From contig PQAE01000012.1 of the NCBI GenBank assembly GCA_003104935.1, forward strand, positions 4,988 to 68,987: 64,000 bases of DNA, in the 5' to 3' direction. The notes below the pieces were generated by a model. The model had not been told where the DNA came from. It did no database searches and saw only the letters and a program-made list of their open reading frames with translations. Shown here piece by piece: positions 1 to 9,189 of this stretch (position 1 is the stretch's first letter; each line of letters starts with the position of its first letter). The stretch is from Parcubacteria group bacterium (GTDB lineage: Bacteria > Patescibacteriota > Patescibacteriia > UBA1558 > GWA2-36-10). A program made the translations under genes and the position numbers.

Positions 1-203
1 ACATCGGGTATTTTTTGTTCCCGGCTACAACGGCGCCTATGTTTTCTCTTACACAGAAGATAAATTGACCCTTGCCCATGCCTTGGATATAAATCAAGCC
101 AAACGCGCCCTCTATATCAACGACAATCTCTATGTCATCGGTGCGAAATCACTATTTGTGCTCAAGGAAAGTGATTGGTCAAAAGTAAGTCAATTAGATC
201 TGA

Positions 204-1010
204 GTGAAAACAAATAATTCTCACGATTTATACCCGGAAAAAAGTCGGGTCCAAAAAAATTATTACGATCAGACGGCTAAAAACTATGACCGCTGGCATA
301 TTGAACCGGCCAGCGCCAAGATAGTAGACGGCTGGAATTTTAGCAACCTCAAAAAATTTATCGGCGCAAGGAAGATATTCCGGGCTCTGGATTTGGGTTG
401 TGGCACCGGTCGTCTAGCTAACTCTTTACTATCCATCACCGCCGAGGTCTACGGCTTAGATTTTTCAAAGGAAGTAATCAAAATTGCTCAGCAAAAATAT
501 CCCGCCCTAAAATTAACTTGCGGCCAGGTAGTTGATTTACCTTACGACAATGATATTTTTGATTTAGTGGTCATCAACGGTTCGTTACATCATTTTTTTG
601 CCGTCGAACGCACATTGAAAGAATCTAGGCGAGTCTTAAAACCGGGCGGTTTTTTTGTATTGCTCGGCGAGCCCAACAGCCAATTTTTAAAATTGTCAAA
701 TATCTTTTTTTATATTTGGCTGTTGAATCGCATTGTTGTGAATATAATTTCCTTTTTTAAAATAAACAAATCATTAGCGGAAGATATTGAGCCAGAGGCC
801 GAGTCCTATGTGCCCGCGAGGCTAAGAGAAATAATTGAGGCAGTAGGTTTTAAGGTTGTAAAATTTTACACTTATGATTATTTGACCCGCTCCGAAAGTA
901 AGTGGTGGTTGAAACACTACCGGGCTTACCTGGACTGGGAGCATAAAAACATCTCCTTGATTGTAAAAAACCGCGGTGCGGCTATCCAGTGTTTTGCCAT
1001 AAAAAAATAA
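204..1010 (+). CDS. class I SAM-dependent methyltransferase (type 11-like)
   Basis: LDLGCGTGR glycine-rich SAM-binding motif. 268-aa ORF. Confidence 0.7.
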   Translation: MKTNNSHDLYPEKSRVQKNYYDQTAKNYDRWHIEPASAKIVDGWNFSNLKKFIGARKIFRALDLGCGTGRLANSLLSITAEVYGLDFSKEVIKIAQQKYPALKLTCGQVVDLPYDNDIFDLVVINGSLHHFFAVERTLKESRRVLKPGGFFVLLGEPNSQFLKLSNIFFYIWLLNRIVVNIISFFKINKSLAEDIEPEAESYVPARLREIIEAVGFKVVKFYTYDYLTRSESKWWLKHYRAYLDWEHKNISLIVKNRGAAIQCFAIKK

Positions 1011-1011
1011 T

Positions 1012-1911
1012 ATGCCTGCAAAAAAAATTGCAATTTTAAGCGGCGGCACCAGTAGCGAGAGAAAAATAGCCCTATTATCCGCCCGCACTGTCCTGAATTT
1101 GCTCAAGAGTAAATTTTCAGTTTGTTTATATGATTTTCCCCGCCAAATACCAGCTTTTTTGCGCAATTATAAAAAATACGATATTGCCGTACCAATATTT
1201 CACGGTAGCGGAGGCGAGGACGGCGTTGTTCAAGGATTTTTGCGGACACTGAAGATTCCTTTCGTATTTTCTGATACCGTTTCTCAAGCTATCGGTATTG
1301 ATAAAATACAGAGCAAATTGCTGGCGCGTAGCCTAAAAATTAGTACCCCGGATTATATTCTGCTCAAAAAAAATAAACCCATAAGATACAGATATCCGGT
1401 AATTGTCAAACCTATCGCCGGTGGCAGTTCTCTGGGGGTTAGCTTGGCTCGCACAGCTCCAGAATTAAAAAGAGCAATTAAGGTAGCCCTCCAATATAAA
1501 CAGGCGGTGGTAGTAGAGGATTACATCCCAGGCGATGAATATAGCGTCTCGGTTGTTGAATATCGAGGGAAAACTATAGCTTTGCCGGTCATAGCCATTA
1601 TTTCCAAAAAATCTTTTTTTGACTACCAGAGCAAATATGACCCGACATTAGCCAAGGAAATTTGTCCGGCATCGATTAATAAAACACTGTCACAGAAGTT
1701 ACAGCGATCTGCACTAGACATGCACCTGGCGTTGGGTGCGCGCCATCTGAGCCGTTCGGATTTTATTGTGTCAAAAAATAGGCTTTATTTTCTGGAGATA
1801 AACACTATCCCGGGTTTAACTAAAAACTCCCTGATCCCCAAGTCTTTACGAGCCGCTAATATTGACTTTTTAGAGCTTTTTCAGGGCTGGATGGAACATC
1901 CGACGCGTTAG
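1012..1911 (+). CDS. ddl: D-alanine--D-alanine ligase
   Basis: N-terminal KIAILSGGTSSER motif, ATP-grasp architecture, 299 aa. Confidence 0.8.
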   Translation: MPAKKIAILSGGTSSERKIALLSARTVLNLLKSKFSVCLYDFPRQIPAFLRNYKKYDIAVPIFHGSGGEDGVVQGFLRTLKIPFVFSDTVSQAIGIDKIQSKLLARSLKISTPDYILLKKNKPIRYRYPVIVKPIAGGSSLGVSLARTAPELKRAIKVALQYKQAVVVEDYIPGDEYSVSVVEYRGKTIALPVIAIISKKSFFDYQSKYDPTLAKEICPASINKTLSQKLQRSALDMHLALGARHLSRSDFIVSKNRLYFLEINTIPGLTKNSLIPKSLRAANIDFLELFQGWMEHPTR

Positions 1912-1955
1912 GTTTTCTGCTTGCCAAAATTAATAAATATGCTAAAATAGCCACA

Positions 1956-3644
1956 TTGTTTATTTTTTATCAAACTATGAATAAATACAACCAGCCCGCC
2001 TTGCGAGGGCAGATTTCAAAAAATACTGTACGCGCTACTTTTATATTTATATTTATACTGACTTTTTTGGCGGTGCTGATCGATCTGCCACAATCCTGGG
2101 GCTGGTTTAACAAGTATAAAATTCATTTGGGATTGGATCTGCAGGGCGGTACACATCTGGTATATCAGGCGGACGTTTCCCAGGTGCCGACTTCTGAGCA
2201 GAAAGATAGCGTCGAAGCCCTGCGCAACGTCATCGAAAGACGGGTTAATGTTTATGGCGTGTCTGAACCCATAGTCCAAACCAACTATAGCGGCAATAAC
2301 GCCCGCATCATTGTGGAACTAGCCGGCGTTAAAAATATTAATGATGCCATTGCTATTATTGATAAAACTCCCCAGCTTGATTTCCGACTACAGTCCGCCG
2401 CTCCGGTTAGTGCGACCTCTACATCTACCGATGAAATCAGGAAGAAAGCCGAAGAAGTCCTAAAGCGCGTTTTAGCAGGAGAAGATTTTGCTAAACTGGC
2501 CCAACAATATAGTGAAGATCCCGGATCTAAAGACAAAGGTGGTGATTTACCTTGGGTAACGGAAGGTAAATTCGTACCGGAGTTTGATCAGGCAATTTTT
2601 AAAGATCTCAAACCTGGGCAAATATCCAAGACATTGGTGGAGTCCCAATTTGGCTACCACATAATAAAAAAAATAGAGGAACAGGTAAATGAACAGGGTC
2701 AGATTGAAGTTCATGCCGCCCACATATTATTCAGCAAACCCAATGCCGATTTGACCGATGTTAATTGGATAGCCGCCGGCCTGACCGGACGTCATATCAA
2801 GAAAGCCAGTCTGAACTTTGACCCCAATACTCAACAGCCGCTGGTAATGGTCGAGTTTAATGATGAAGGAAAATCACTTTTTGGAAAAATTACCACAGCT
2901 AACATCGGCAAGCCTGTCGGAATATTTTTAGACAACGAGCTGATTTCCAGCCCGACTGTGCAAGAGGCCATCACCGACGGACGCGCCCAGATTTCGGGAA
3001 AGTTTACAGTCAATGAAGCCAAACAATTAGTTAAGGACCTGAACCTCGGCGCTCTACCGGTGCCGATTCAGCTGATAAGCCAACAAACCGTTGGCGCTAC
3101 TTTAGGTGATATTTACGTCAAAAAATCGCTGATCGCCGGTATTATTGGCTTTTTAGCCGCCGCTTTATTTATGCTTATTTATTATCGCTTACCCGGCTTT
3201 ATTTCAGTCTTGGCTCTGGGTATTTATACTGCTATTGCTTTAGCTATTTTTATTCTGATACCGGTAACTATGACCATGGCGGGAGTGGCCGGCTTTATCC
3301 TTTCTATCGGCATGGCAGTCGATGCTAACGTGCTGATTTTTGAGAGGACAAAGGAAGAATTAATCGAAGGTAAGAGCTTGTATACGGCAGTAGAAAATGG
3401 TTTTCACCGGGCCTGGTCTTCGATTCGTGATTCCAATATTTCTTCCATTATCACCTGTATTATTTTAGCCTGGTTTGGCACCTCGATTATCAAAGGCTTT
3501 GCCATCACCTTGGGCATCGGTATTTTGATCTCCATGTTTTCGGCCATCACCGTTACCCGCACTTTTTTGCGCTTAGTGGTCAGTAGAAAATTAGAATCCA
3601 AGCTGGGTTGGTTTGGAGTGAACACTATTAATAAAGTTGATTAG
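1956..3644 (+). CDS. secD: protein translocase subunit SecD with an inserted parvulin-type (PpiC) PPIase domain
   Basis: SecD N-terminal TM plus P1 head motifs (LGLDLQGGTHLVYQ; C-terminal TM bundle). An internal block GEDFAKLAQQYSEDPGS...GGDL...FGYHIIKK matches parvulin rotamases. Confidence 0.8.
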   Translation: MFIFYQTMNKYNQPALRGQISKNTVRATFIFIFILTFLAVLIDLPQSWGWFNKYKIHLGLDLQGGTHLVYQADVSQVPTSEQKDSVEALRNVIERRVNVYGVSEPIVQTNYSGNNARIIVELAGVKNINDAIAIIDKTPQLDFRLQSAAPVSATSTSTDEIRKKAEEVLKRVLAGEDFAKLAQQYSEDPGSKDKGGDLPWVTEGKFVPEFDQAIFKDLKPGQISKTLVESQFGYHIIKKIEEQVNEQGQIEVHAAHILFSKPNADLTDVNWIAAGLTGRHIKKASLNFDPNTQQPLVMVEFNDEGKSLFGKITTANIGKPVGIFLDNELISSPTVQEAITDGRAQISGKFTVNEAKQLVKDLNLGALPVPIQLISQQTVGATLGDIYVKKSLIAGIIGFLAAALFMLIYYRLPGFISVLALGIYTAIALAIFILIPVTMTMAGVAGFILSIGMAVDANVLIFERTKEELIEGKSLYTAVENGFHRAWSSIRDSNISSIITCIILAWFGTSIIKGFAITLGIGILISMFSAITVTRTFLRLVVSRKLESKLGWFGVNTINKVD

Positions 3645-4560
3645 TTGTATGTATAACATCATAGGAAAAAGAAAATTTTGGTTGTGGTTTTCCGGGATTT
3701 TGATGACCGGATCTATCTTGCTTTTGGCTGTATTTGGCCTGAAGCCGGGGATTGATTTTACCGGCGGCAGTTTGCTTGATGTGAGCTATAGCGTCCAGCG
3801 GCCTTCAGCCGACCAGATTAGCGACGCCTTAGCCGACCAGAAACTGCAGGATTTAAAAATTCAGCCCAGTGGCGAGAAGGATTTTCTGATCAGATTCCAA
3901 AATACCGATGAACCCACACACCAGGCTGTACTGGCAAAGCTGAAAGATATTAAAATCGAGACTGCGCCCGATAATACATTTATTGAAAACCGTTTTGACG
4001 CTATTGGTCCTGTTATCGGGGAGGAATTGCGCAACAAGGCGATTCAGGGAATTGCTTTGGTTTTAATATTTATCGTATTATATATTGCCTGGGCGTTTCG
4101 CAAGGTCTCTCGTCCGGTTGCCTCTTGGAAATACGGTGTGGCGGCTATCATCGCCCTGATTCACGATATTACCATCGTCACGGGGATCTTTGCCCTGTTT
4201 GGAGTTCTATTTGGCACCGAGGTTGACAGTTTATTTGTAACCGCGCTGTTGACTATCCTGGGTTTTTCAGTGCATGACACTATCGTCACCTTTGACCGCA
4301 CCAGAGAAAATCTGCACAAAAGGCAGGACTTGGAGTTTGAAGATGTGCTTAACCTCAGTATTAACGAGACTATGGTGCGATCACTCAATACTTCAATCGT
4401 GACTTTGCTTGCACTGTCGGCCGTATATCTGTTCGGCGGTGAAAGCACTAAAAATTTTACTACGGCTCTGTTATTCGGTATTGTTTTTGGAACTTATTCC
4501 TCAATCTTTGTGGCCTCACCGATACTTTTGCTTTGGAACAGGCAAAAAAGGACTAGCTAG
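3637..4560 (+). CDS. secF: protein translocase subunit SecF
   Basis: Overlaps the secD stop. N-terminal TM, periplasmic loop, C-terminal multi-TM SecF pattern. Confidence 0.8.
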   Translation: MISCMYNIIGKRKFWLWFSGILMTGSILLLAVFGLKPGIDFTGGSLLDVSYSVQRPSADQISDALADQKLQDLKIQPSGEKDFLIRFQNTDEPTHQAVLAKLKDIKIETAPDNTFIENRFDAIGPVIGEELRNKAIQGIALVLIFIVLYIAWAFRKVSRPVASWKYGVAAIIALIHDITIVTGIFALFGVLFGTEVDSLFVTALLTILGFSVHDTIVTFDRTRENLHKRQDLEFEDVLNLSINETMVRSLNTSIVTLLALSAVYLFGGESTKNFTTALLFGIVFGTYSSIFVASPILLLWNRQKRTS

Positions 4561-4657
4561 CAAATTATTATAAATGTTATCAAACCTCTATGGTCCATAG
4601 AGGTTTTTTGTTGTAAATTATAACACTATTGACTAATTTTATAAAATATGGTAATGT

Positions 4658-5800
4658 ATGAAGGATTTTAAAAAATGTCAAAAAATAAGGCAAAAAACCA
4701 TGAATTCCATATTAGATAAAGTAATAAGCTCCAAACACCTGTCAAGTCTGGCGGATTTTGACCCGCATCAGACGCTGGCTAGTATTTTGCAGGCGTTATC
4801 AGAACGGGAGCAGGAAATCATCAAGCTTCGCCATGGTCTGGCTAACTACGAAAAAAAGACTTTGGAAGATATCGGCAAAAAGTACAATATTACCAGAGAA
4901 AGAGTACGCCAAATTGAAAATAGCTCGCTAAAAAAAATTACGAAAAATTTTAATCAGAGCTACCTCAAAGAAATTGAATTACTGGCGAATTCTACTTTAG
5001 CGGAACACGGTGGCATGATGTCAGAAGATAACCTAACCGGCGAGCTTTTGGTTATGCCCGGCGAAAGTCAGGAGAACAAAGCGGCCATCCGTTTTATACT
5101 GAATGAATTACTAAGCCATCGCTTCTATCTGGTTAAGGAAGGCAAAGACTATTACAGTTTTTGGAAAACTCCGGAGTCTTCGCTGGACTATTTCCATAAT
5201 ATTATTGATAATATCGTTTCCTTGGTGGACAATCACGGACAGGCGCTACCGGCTGATAACCTCATAGATCAAATAAAGCAGGCCGAGTTTTTTACCACAG
5301 ACGAAGCACTGACGGAAAAAATGATTTTAAACTTCTTGCAAATCACTAAAAAATTAGGAGCTAATCCCTACAATGAGTGGGGTTTGGTAAGCTGGCCGGA
5401 TATCACCCCGCGCCGCATGAACGATAAAATATACCTGGTGCTCAAAAAGGAAAATAAACCTCTACACTTTACGGAGATTGCCGAAAAAATTAATCAGATG
5501 TCATTTGACGAACGCCAAGCTTTCCCGGCCACTATTCATAACGAGCTGATCCTAGATGACAAGTATGTCCTGGTAGGCCGTGGCATCTACGCCCTCAAAG
5601 ATTGGGGTTACAAGCCGGGAGTAGTCAGTGATGTGATATATGACATTCTCAAGGATGCCGGCCGACCACTTTCCAAAAAAGAAATCATAGAGGAAGTAAT
5701 GAAGAAACGCATGATCAAGCAGACCACCATCACTTTGGCTCTGATGAATAGAGATAAATTTAGCCGCGACGAAAAAGGAAGATATTCAATAAAACAGTAA
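4658..5800 (+). CDS. sigma-70 region-4 domain protein with C-terminal HARE-HTH (RNAP delta-like) winged-helix domains
   Basis: N-terminal EQEIIKLRHGL...TLEDIGKKYNITRERVRQIE is a sigma region 4 HTH. The C-terminal repeats resemble HARE-HTH. The likely true start is an internal ATG near 4700. Confidence 0.55.
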   Translation: MKDFKKCQKIRQKTMNSILDKVISSKHLSSLADFDPHQTLASILQALSEREQEIIKLRHGLANYEKKTLEDIGKKYNITRERVRQIENSSLKKITKNFNQSYLKEIELLANSTLAEHGGMMSEDNLTGELLVMPGESQENKAAIRFILNELLSHRFYLVKEGKDYYSFWKTPESSLDYFHNIIDNIVSLVDNHGQALPADNLIDQIKQAEFFTTDEALTEKMILNFLQITKKLGANPYNEWGLVSWPDITPRRMNDKIYLVLKKENKPLHFTEIAEKINQMSFDERQAFPATIHNELILDDKYVLVGRGIYALKDWGYKPGVVSDVIYDILKDAGRPLSKKEIIEEVMKKRMIKQTTITLALMNRDKFSRDEKGRYSIKQ

Positions 5801-5813
5801 TAAGATTTTTTAC

Positions 5814-5856
5814 AAAACAACTCGCTGCCCCCTCGGTGCCGGGTTGTTTTTGTTTG
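5814..5856 (+). terminator. intrinsic terminator after the sigma-like gene
   Basis: GC-rich imperfect hairpin (ACAACTCG...CGGGTTGT) followed by a T-run. Confidence 0.45.
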
Positions 5857-5903
5857 CACTCTTTATAAAAAGCTACAAAACAGGTATAATATAGACAATC
5901 AAT

Positions 5904-7409
5904 ATGGAATTTGCCATCGATCTCTCGGTTTTCAGCAATTTTAGCCAACTCGGTCCTCTGAGCATGGTTTGGATTGTTTTTATTAACGGCGGCTGGATCG
6001 TTTTTGTTTGGTTTTTTATCAACGCCTGTTACCTGGTCTGGCTGTTCCGTAAACAAAATCAATGGTTTGCCACTAACGAATATATGATCCTGGCCGTTGA
6101 TATTCCCAAAGATACCGAACAGACGCCGAAGGCGGTGGAGCAATTATTTGCCACTATTTCCGGGGCACACACGCCACTGAGTTACAAAGAGTTATGGTGG
6201 CAAGGCAAGTTTCAGCTGGCTTTTCAGTTTGAGATTATTAGCATTGACGGTTATATCCAATTTTTGATTCGCACACCGAGACAATGGCGAGATCTGGTGG
6301 AAAGTGCCATTTATTCACAATATCCCGACGCGGAGATAACCGAGGTAGAGGATTATGTTAATACAGTGCCCGACAAATATCCCAATGATACCCATAATAT
6401 CTGGGGCACTGAGGTAATCTTGGCCCGCAACGATGTTTTCCCGATAAAAACCTACAAGGAGTTTGAGGACAGTGTTTCCGGTGAGTTTAAGGACCCACTG
6501 GCTTCCTTATTGGAAACCATGAGTAAAATTAAAAAGGGCGAGCAGGTTTGGATTCAGATTATTGTAAAGCCGACAGGTTTTGAGTGGACTGCCAAGAGTT
6601 CCAAGATGGCCTATAAAATTGCGGGCAAGAAAGTACCGGAGAAAAAAAACGGCTGGTCTAGTTGGCTTTCTCCATTCACCGGATTGATATTTTTGACGAC
6701 CGGAGAGGAAATGTTTTTTCAAACCGGAGGAGGTAGTAAACCCAGTGTTCAAAAAGAACCGATGCCGAGCATGATGTTACATCTAACTCCGGGTGAACGA
6801 TTGGGCGTAGAAGCCATAGAACGAAAAGCCAGTAAGATCGGTTTTGAATGTAAAATAAGACTTATCTATATATCGCCTCTGGAGCTTTTTCAGTCTTCGC
6901 GCGTTGTCTCTTCAGTTTTCGGATCGTTGAAACAATTTAATACTCTTGACCTCAATGCTTTTAAACCTGACCCGCGGACGAAAACGCAGATTATGTATTT
7001 TTTTATCAAATCGCGGATCGCTGCGCGTCGTCGCTACATCATGGAAGGGTATAAAAAACGTAGCGGCATGATGGGTCATAGCCCTTTTATATTAAATACG
7101 GAGGAGCTGGCTACGCTTTGGCACTTCCCAGCCAGGGATATTAAGGCGCCGCTTCTGCAAAAAACCGAGTCTAAGAAATCAGAACCGCCTTCGAGTTTGC
7201 CCATTGAATCTATGGAGAAAACCAGACAAACTGACTATAGTGAATTGCGCCGACAATTGCGTGAAAGCACTAAACCCGATCAACCCGCCTTTGATCTGAT
7301 GGACAAGCATTATGAACACAGATTTGCCAAGAAAAACGCATTGTCGACGCAACGGCCCGCCTCAACTACCCACAAAGGCGAACCGCCGGCTAATTTACCT
7401 TTAGGCTAA
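5904..7409 (+). CDS. membrane protein (2 N-terminal TM helices plus a large soluble domain), partner of the downstream T4CP-like ATPase
   Basis: Two hydrophobic helices at the N-terminus. The stop overlaps the start of the next gene (TAATATG), indicating translational coupling. Confidence 0.6.
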   Translation: MEFAIDLSVFSNFSQLGPLSMVWIVFINGGWIVFVWFFINACYLVWLFRKQNQWFATNEYMILAVDIPKDTEQTPKAVEQLFATISGAHTPLSYKELWWQGKFQLAFQFEIISIDGYIQFLIRTPRQWRDLVESAIYSQYPDAEITEVEDYVNTVPDKYPNDTHNIWGTEVILARNDVFPIKTYKEFEDSVSGEFKDPLASLLETMSKIKKGEQVWIQIIVKPTGFEWTAKSSKMAYKIAGKKVPEKKNGWSSWLSPFTGLIFLTTGEEMFFQTGGGSKPSVQKEPMPSMMLHLTPGERLGVEAIERKASKIGFECKIRLIYISPLELFQSSRVVSSVFGSLKQFNTLDLNAFKPDPRTKTQIMYFFIKSRIAARRRYIMEGYKKRSGMMGHSPFILNTEELATLWHFPARDIKAPLLQKTESKKSEPPSSLPIESMEKTRQTDYSELRRQLRESTKPDQPAFDLMDKHYEHRFAKKNALSTQRPASTTHKGEPPANLPLG

Positions 7410-7410
7410 T

Positions 7411-9138
7411 ATGCTAGATAATAAAAAAGTAACCGTTTTTGCCGAAACTAATTATCGGCGCTCAAATGTAAAATTTGGCATCAAAACCGACGACCGACGC
7501 CGGCATATGTATTTTATTGGTAAAACGGGCATGGGTAAATCAACGGTGCTGGAAAATATGATTATTCAGGATATTCAGTCGGGCTTGGGCGTCTGTGTTG
7601 TTGACCCGCACGGTGATTTGGTGGAAAAAGTAATCAGTTTCGTACCTACGCATCGCATTAATGATGTTATTTATTTTAATCCGTCAGATTTAGCCTACCC
7701 TATAGCCTTTAACGTCTTAGAAAGCGTAGATCCGGAACAACGTCACCTGGTTGTTTCCGGCTTAATCGGCGTCTTTAAAAAAATCTGGGCGGATTCCTGG
7801 GGCCCGCGGTTGGAATACGTCCTGCACCATGCGATTTCCGCCTTGCTGGAATACCCCGGATCTACCTTGTTGGGAATCATGCGCATGCTGGTAGACAAAA
7901 CCTTCCGCAAAAAAGTTGTTGAGAAAATATCTGACCCGGTTGTTAAAGCTTTTTGGATTGACGAATATTCCAAATATCCCGACCGTTTCCAATCTGAGGC
8001 CATCGCCCCTATCCAAAATAAAGTCGGCCGTTTTTTGTCATCTGCCCTGATAAGAAATATTCTGGGACAGGTAAAGTCTTCCTTTTCCATGCGGGAGATA
8101 ATGGACCAGCAGAAAATATTGCTACTAAACCTATCCAAAGGTCGCGTCGGAGAAGACAATTCGGCCTTACTCGGCGCCATGATGATCACCAAGATCCAAT
8201 TAGCCGCCATGAGTCGCATTGATACGCCGGAGATAGAACGCAAGGATTTTTATCTCTACGTAGACGAATTTCAAAACTTTGCTACCGAATCTTTCGCCAA
8301 TATTTTATCCGAAGCCAGAAAATACCGATTAAATCTTATTATTGCCCATCAATATATCGAACAGGTGGAGGAAACTATTCAGGCCGCTGTTTTTGGCAAT
8401 GTCGGGACTATAGTGGTCTTTAGAATCGGGGCGGCCGACGCCGAATATCTGGAAAACGAATTTACTCCGACCTTTACACCCGAGGACCTGGTTAACCTAT
8501 CAAAATTTGAGGTTTATATAAAATTAATGATTGATGGTGTGACTTCCGAAGCCTTTTCTGCCCGAACCTTGCCGCCTGTGGAAATGCCGGAAAATGATTC
8601 CGAGGTTCGCGAAAAAATCATCAGTGTTTCACGCGAGCGCTATGCCAAACCCCGAGAAGTTATTGAAGAAAAAATTACCCGCTGGAGCGAGACTCTATTA
8701 GAAGAGTCTGCTCAGGCGCAACGGGAAGTCAGCACGGCCGGGCAGAAAAAACCAACACTAAGTAAGCCAAAAAAGCATGTGCTGACCGAAGTAAATTGCG
8801 ACTTCTGCGGTAAGGAAACGGAAATAAATTTTATCCCTGACCCGACCAAACCTATTTATTGTAAAGAATGTCTTTCCTTGTCCAAGGCTGGGAAGATACC
8901 GGCGCCTTCTAGCATAAAGGTAGTGTCCGGTAACAAACGAGCCAAGGAATCGGAACACTTTATGTCTCTGTCTGAAGCTATGCATATCAGGCCAAATAAC
9001 CATCCGGGGCCGGCAACGGCGGATGCGGACGATGATGATGACACCGACATAGAGCAAACGACTAAATTATCTGTGCCGATAAGCAATCCGCAATCATCTG
9101 AAAAAAGTTTGCCTCGGGGTAAAATCATCAATTTTTAA
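7411..9138 (+). CDS. TraG/TraD/VirD4-family (type IV coupling protein-like) P-loop ATPase with C-terminal zinc ribbon and acidic tail
   Basis: Walker A GKTGMGKST and Walker B LYVDEFQNF are present. RKYRLNLIIAHQ...VFRIG matches the TraG-D C-terminal pattern. CDFCG...CKEC is a Cys4 ribbon. The tail is DADDDDDTD. Confidence 0.7.
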   Translation: MLDNKKVTVFAETNYRRSNVKFGIKTDDRRRHMYFIGKTGMGKSTVLENMIIQDIQSGLGVCVVDPHGDLVEKVISFVPTHRINDVIYFNPSDLAYPIAFNVLESVDPEQRHLVVSGLIGVFKKIWADSWGPRLEYVLHHAISALLEYPGSTLLGIMRMLVDKTFRKKVVEKISDPVVKAFWIDEYSKYPDRFQSEAIAPIQNKVGRFLSSALIRNILGQVKSSFSMREIMDQQKILLLNLSKGRVGEDNSALLGAMMITKIQLAAMSRIDTPEIERKDFYLYVDEFQNFATESFANILSEARKYRLNLIIAHQYIEQVEETIQAAVFGNVGTIVVFRIGAADAEYLENEFTPTFTPEDLVNLSKFEVYIKLMIDGVTSEAFSARTLPPVEMPENDSEVREKIISVSRERYAKPREVIEEKITRWSETLLEESAQAQREVSTAGQKKPTLSKPKKHVLTEVNCDFCGKETEINFIPDPTKPIYCKECLSLSKAGKIPAPSSIKVVSGNKRAKESEHFMSLSEAMHIRPNNHPGPATADADDDDDTDIEQTTKLSVPISNPQSSEKSLPRGKIINF

Positions 9139-9189
9139 ACTTGTATTTTTCACTTTCTCACTTGCTTTTTTTACTTTTAACTAAAGATC

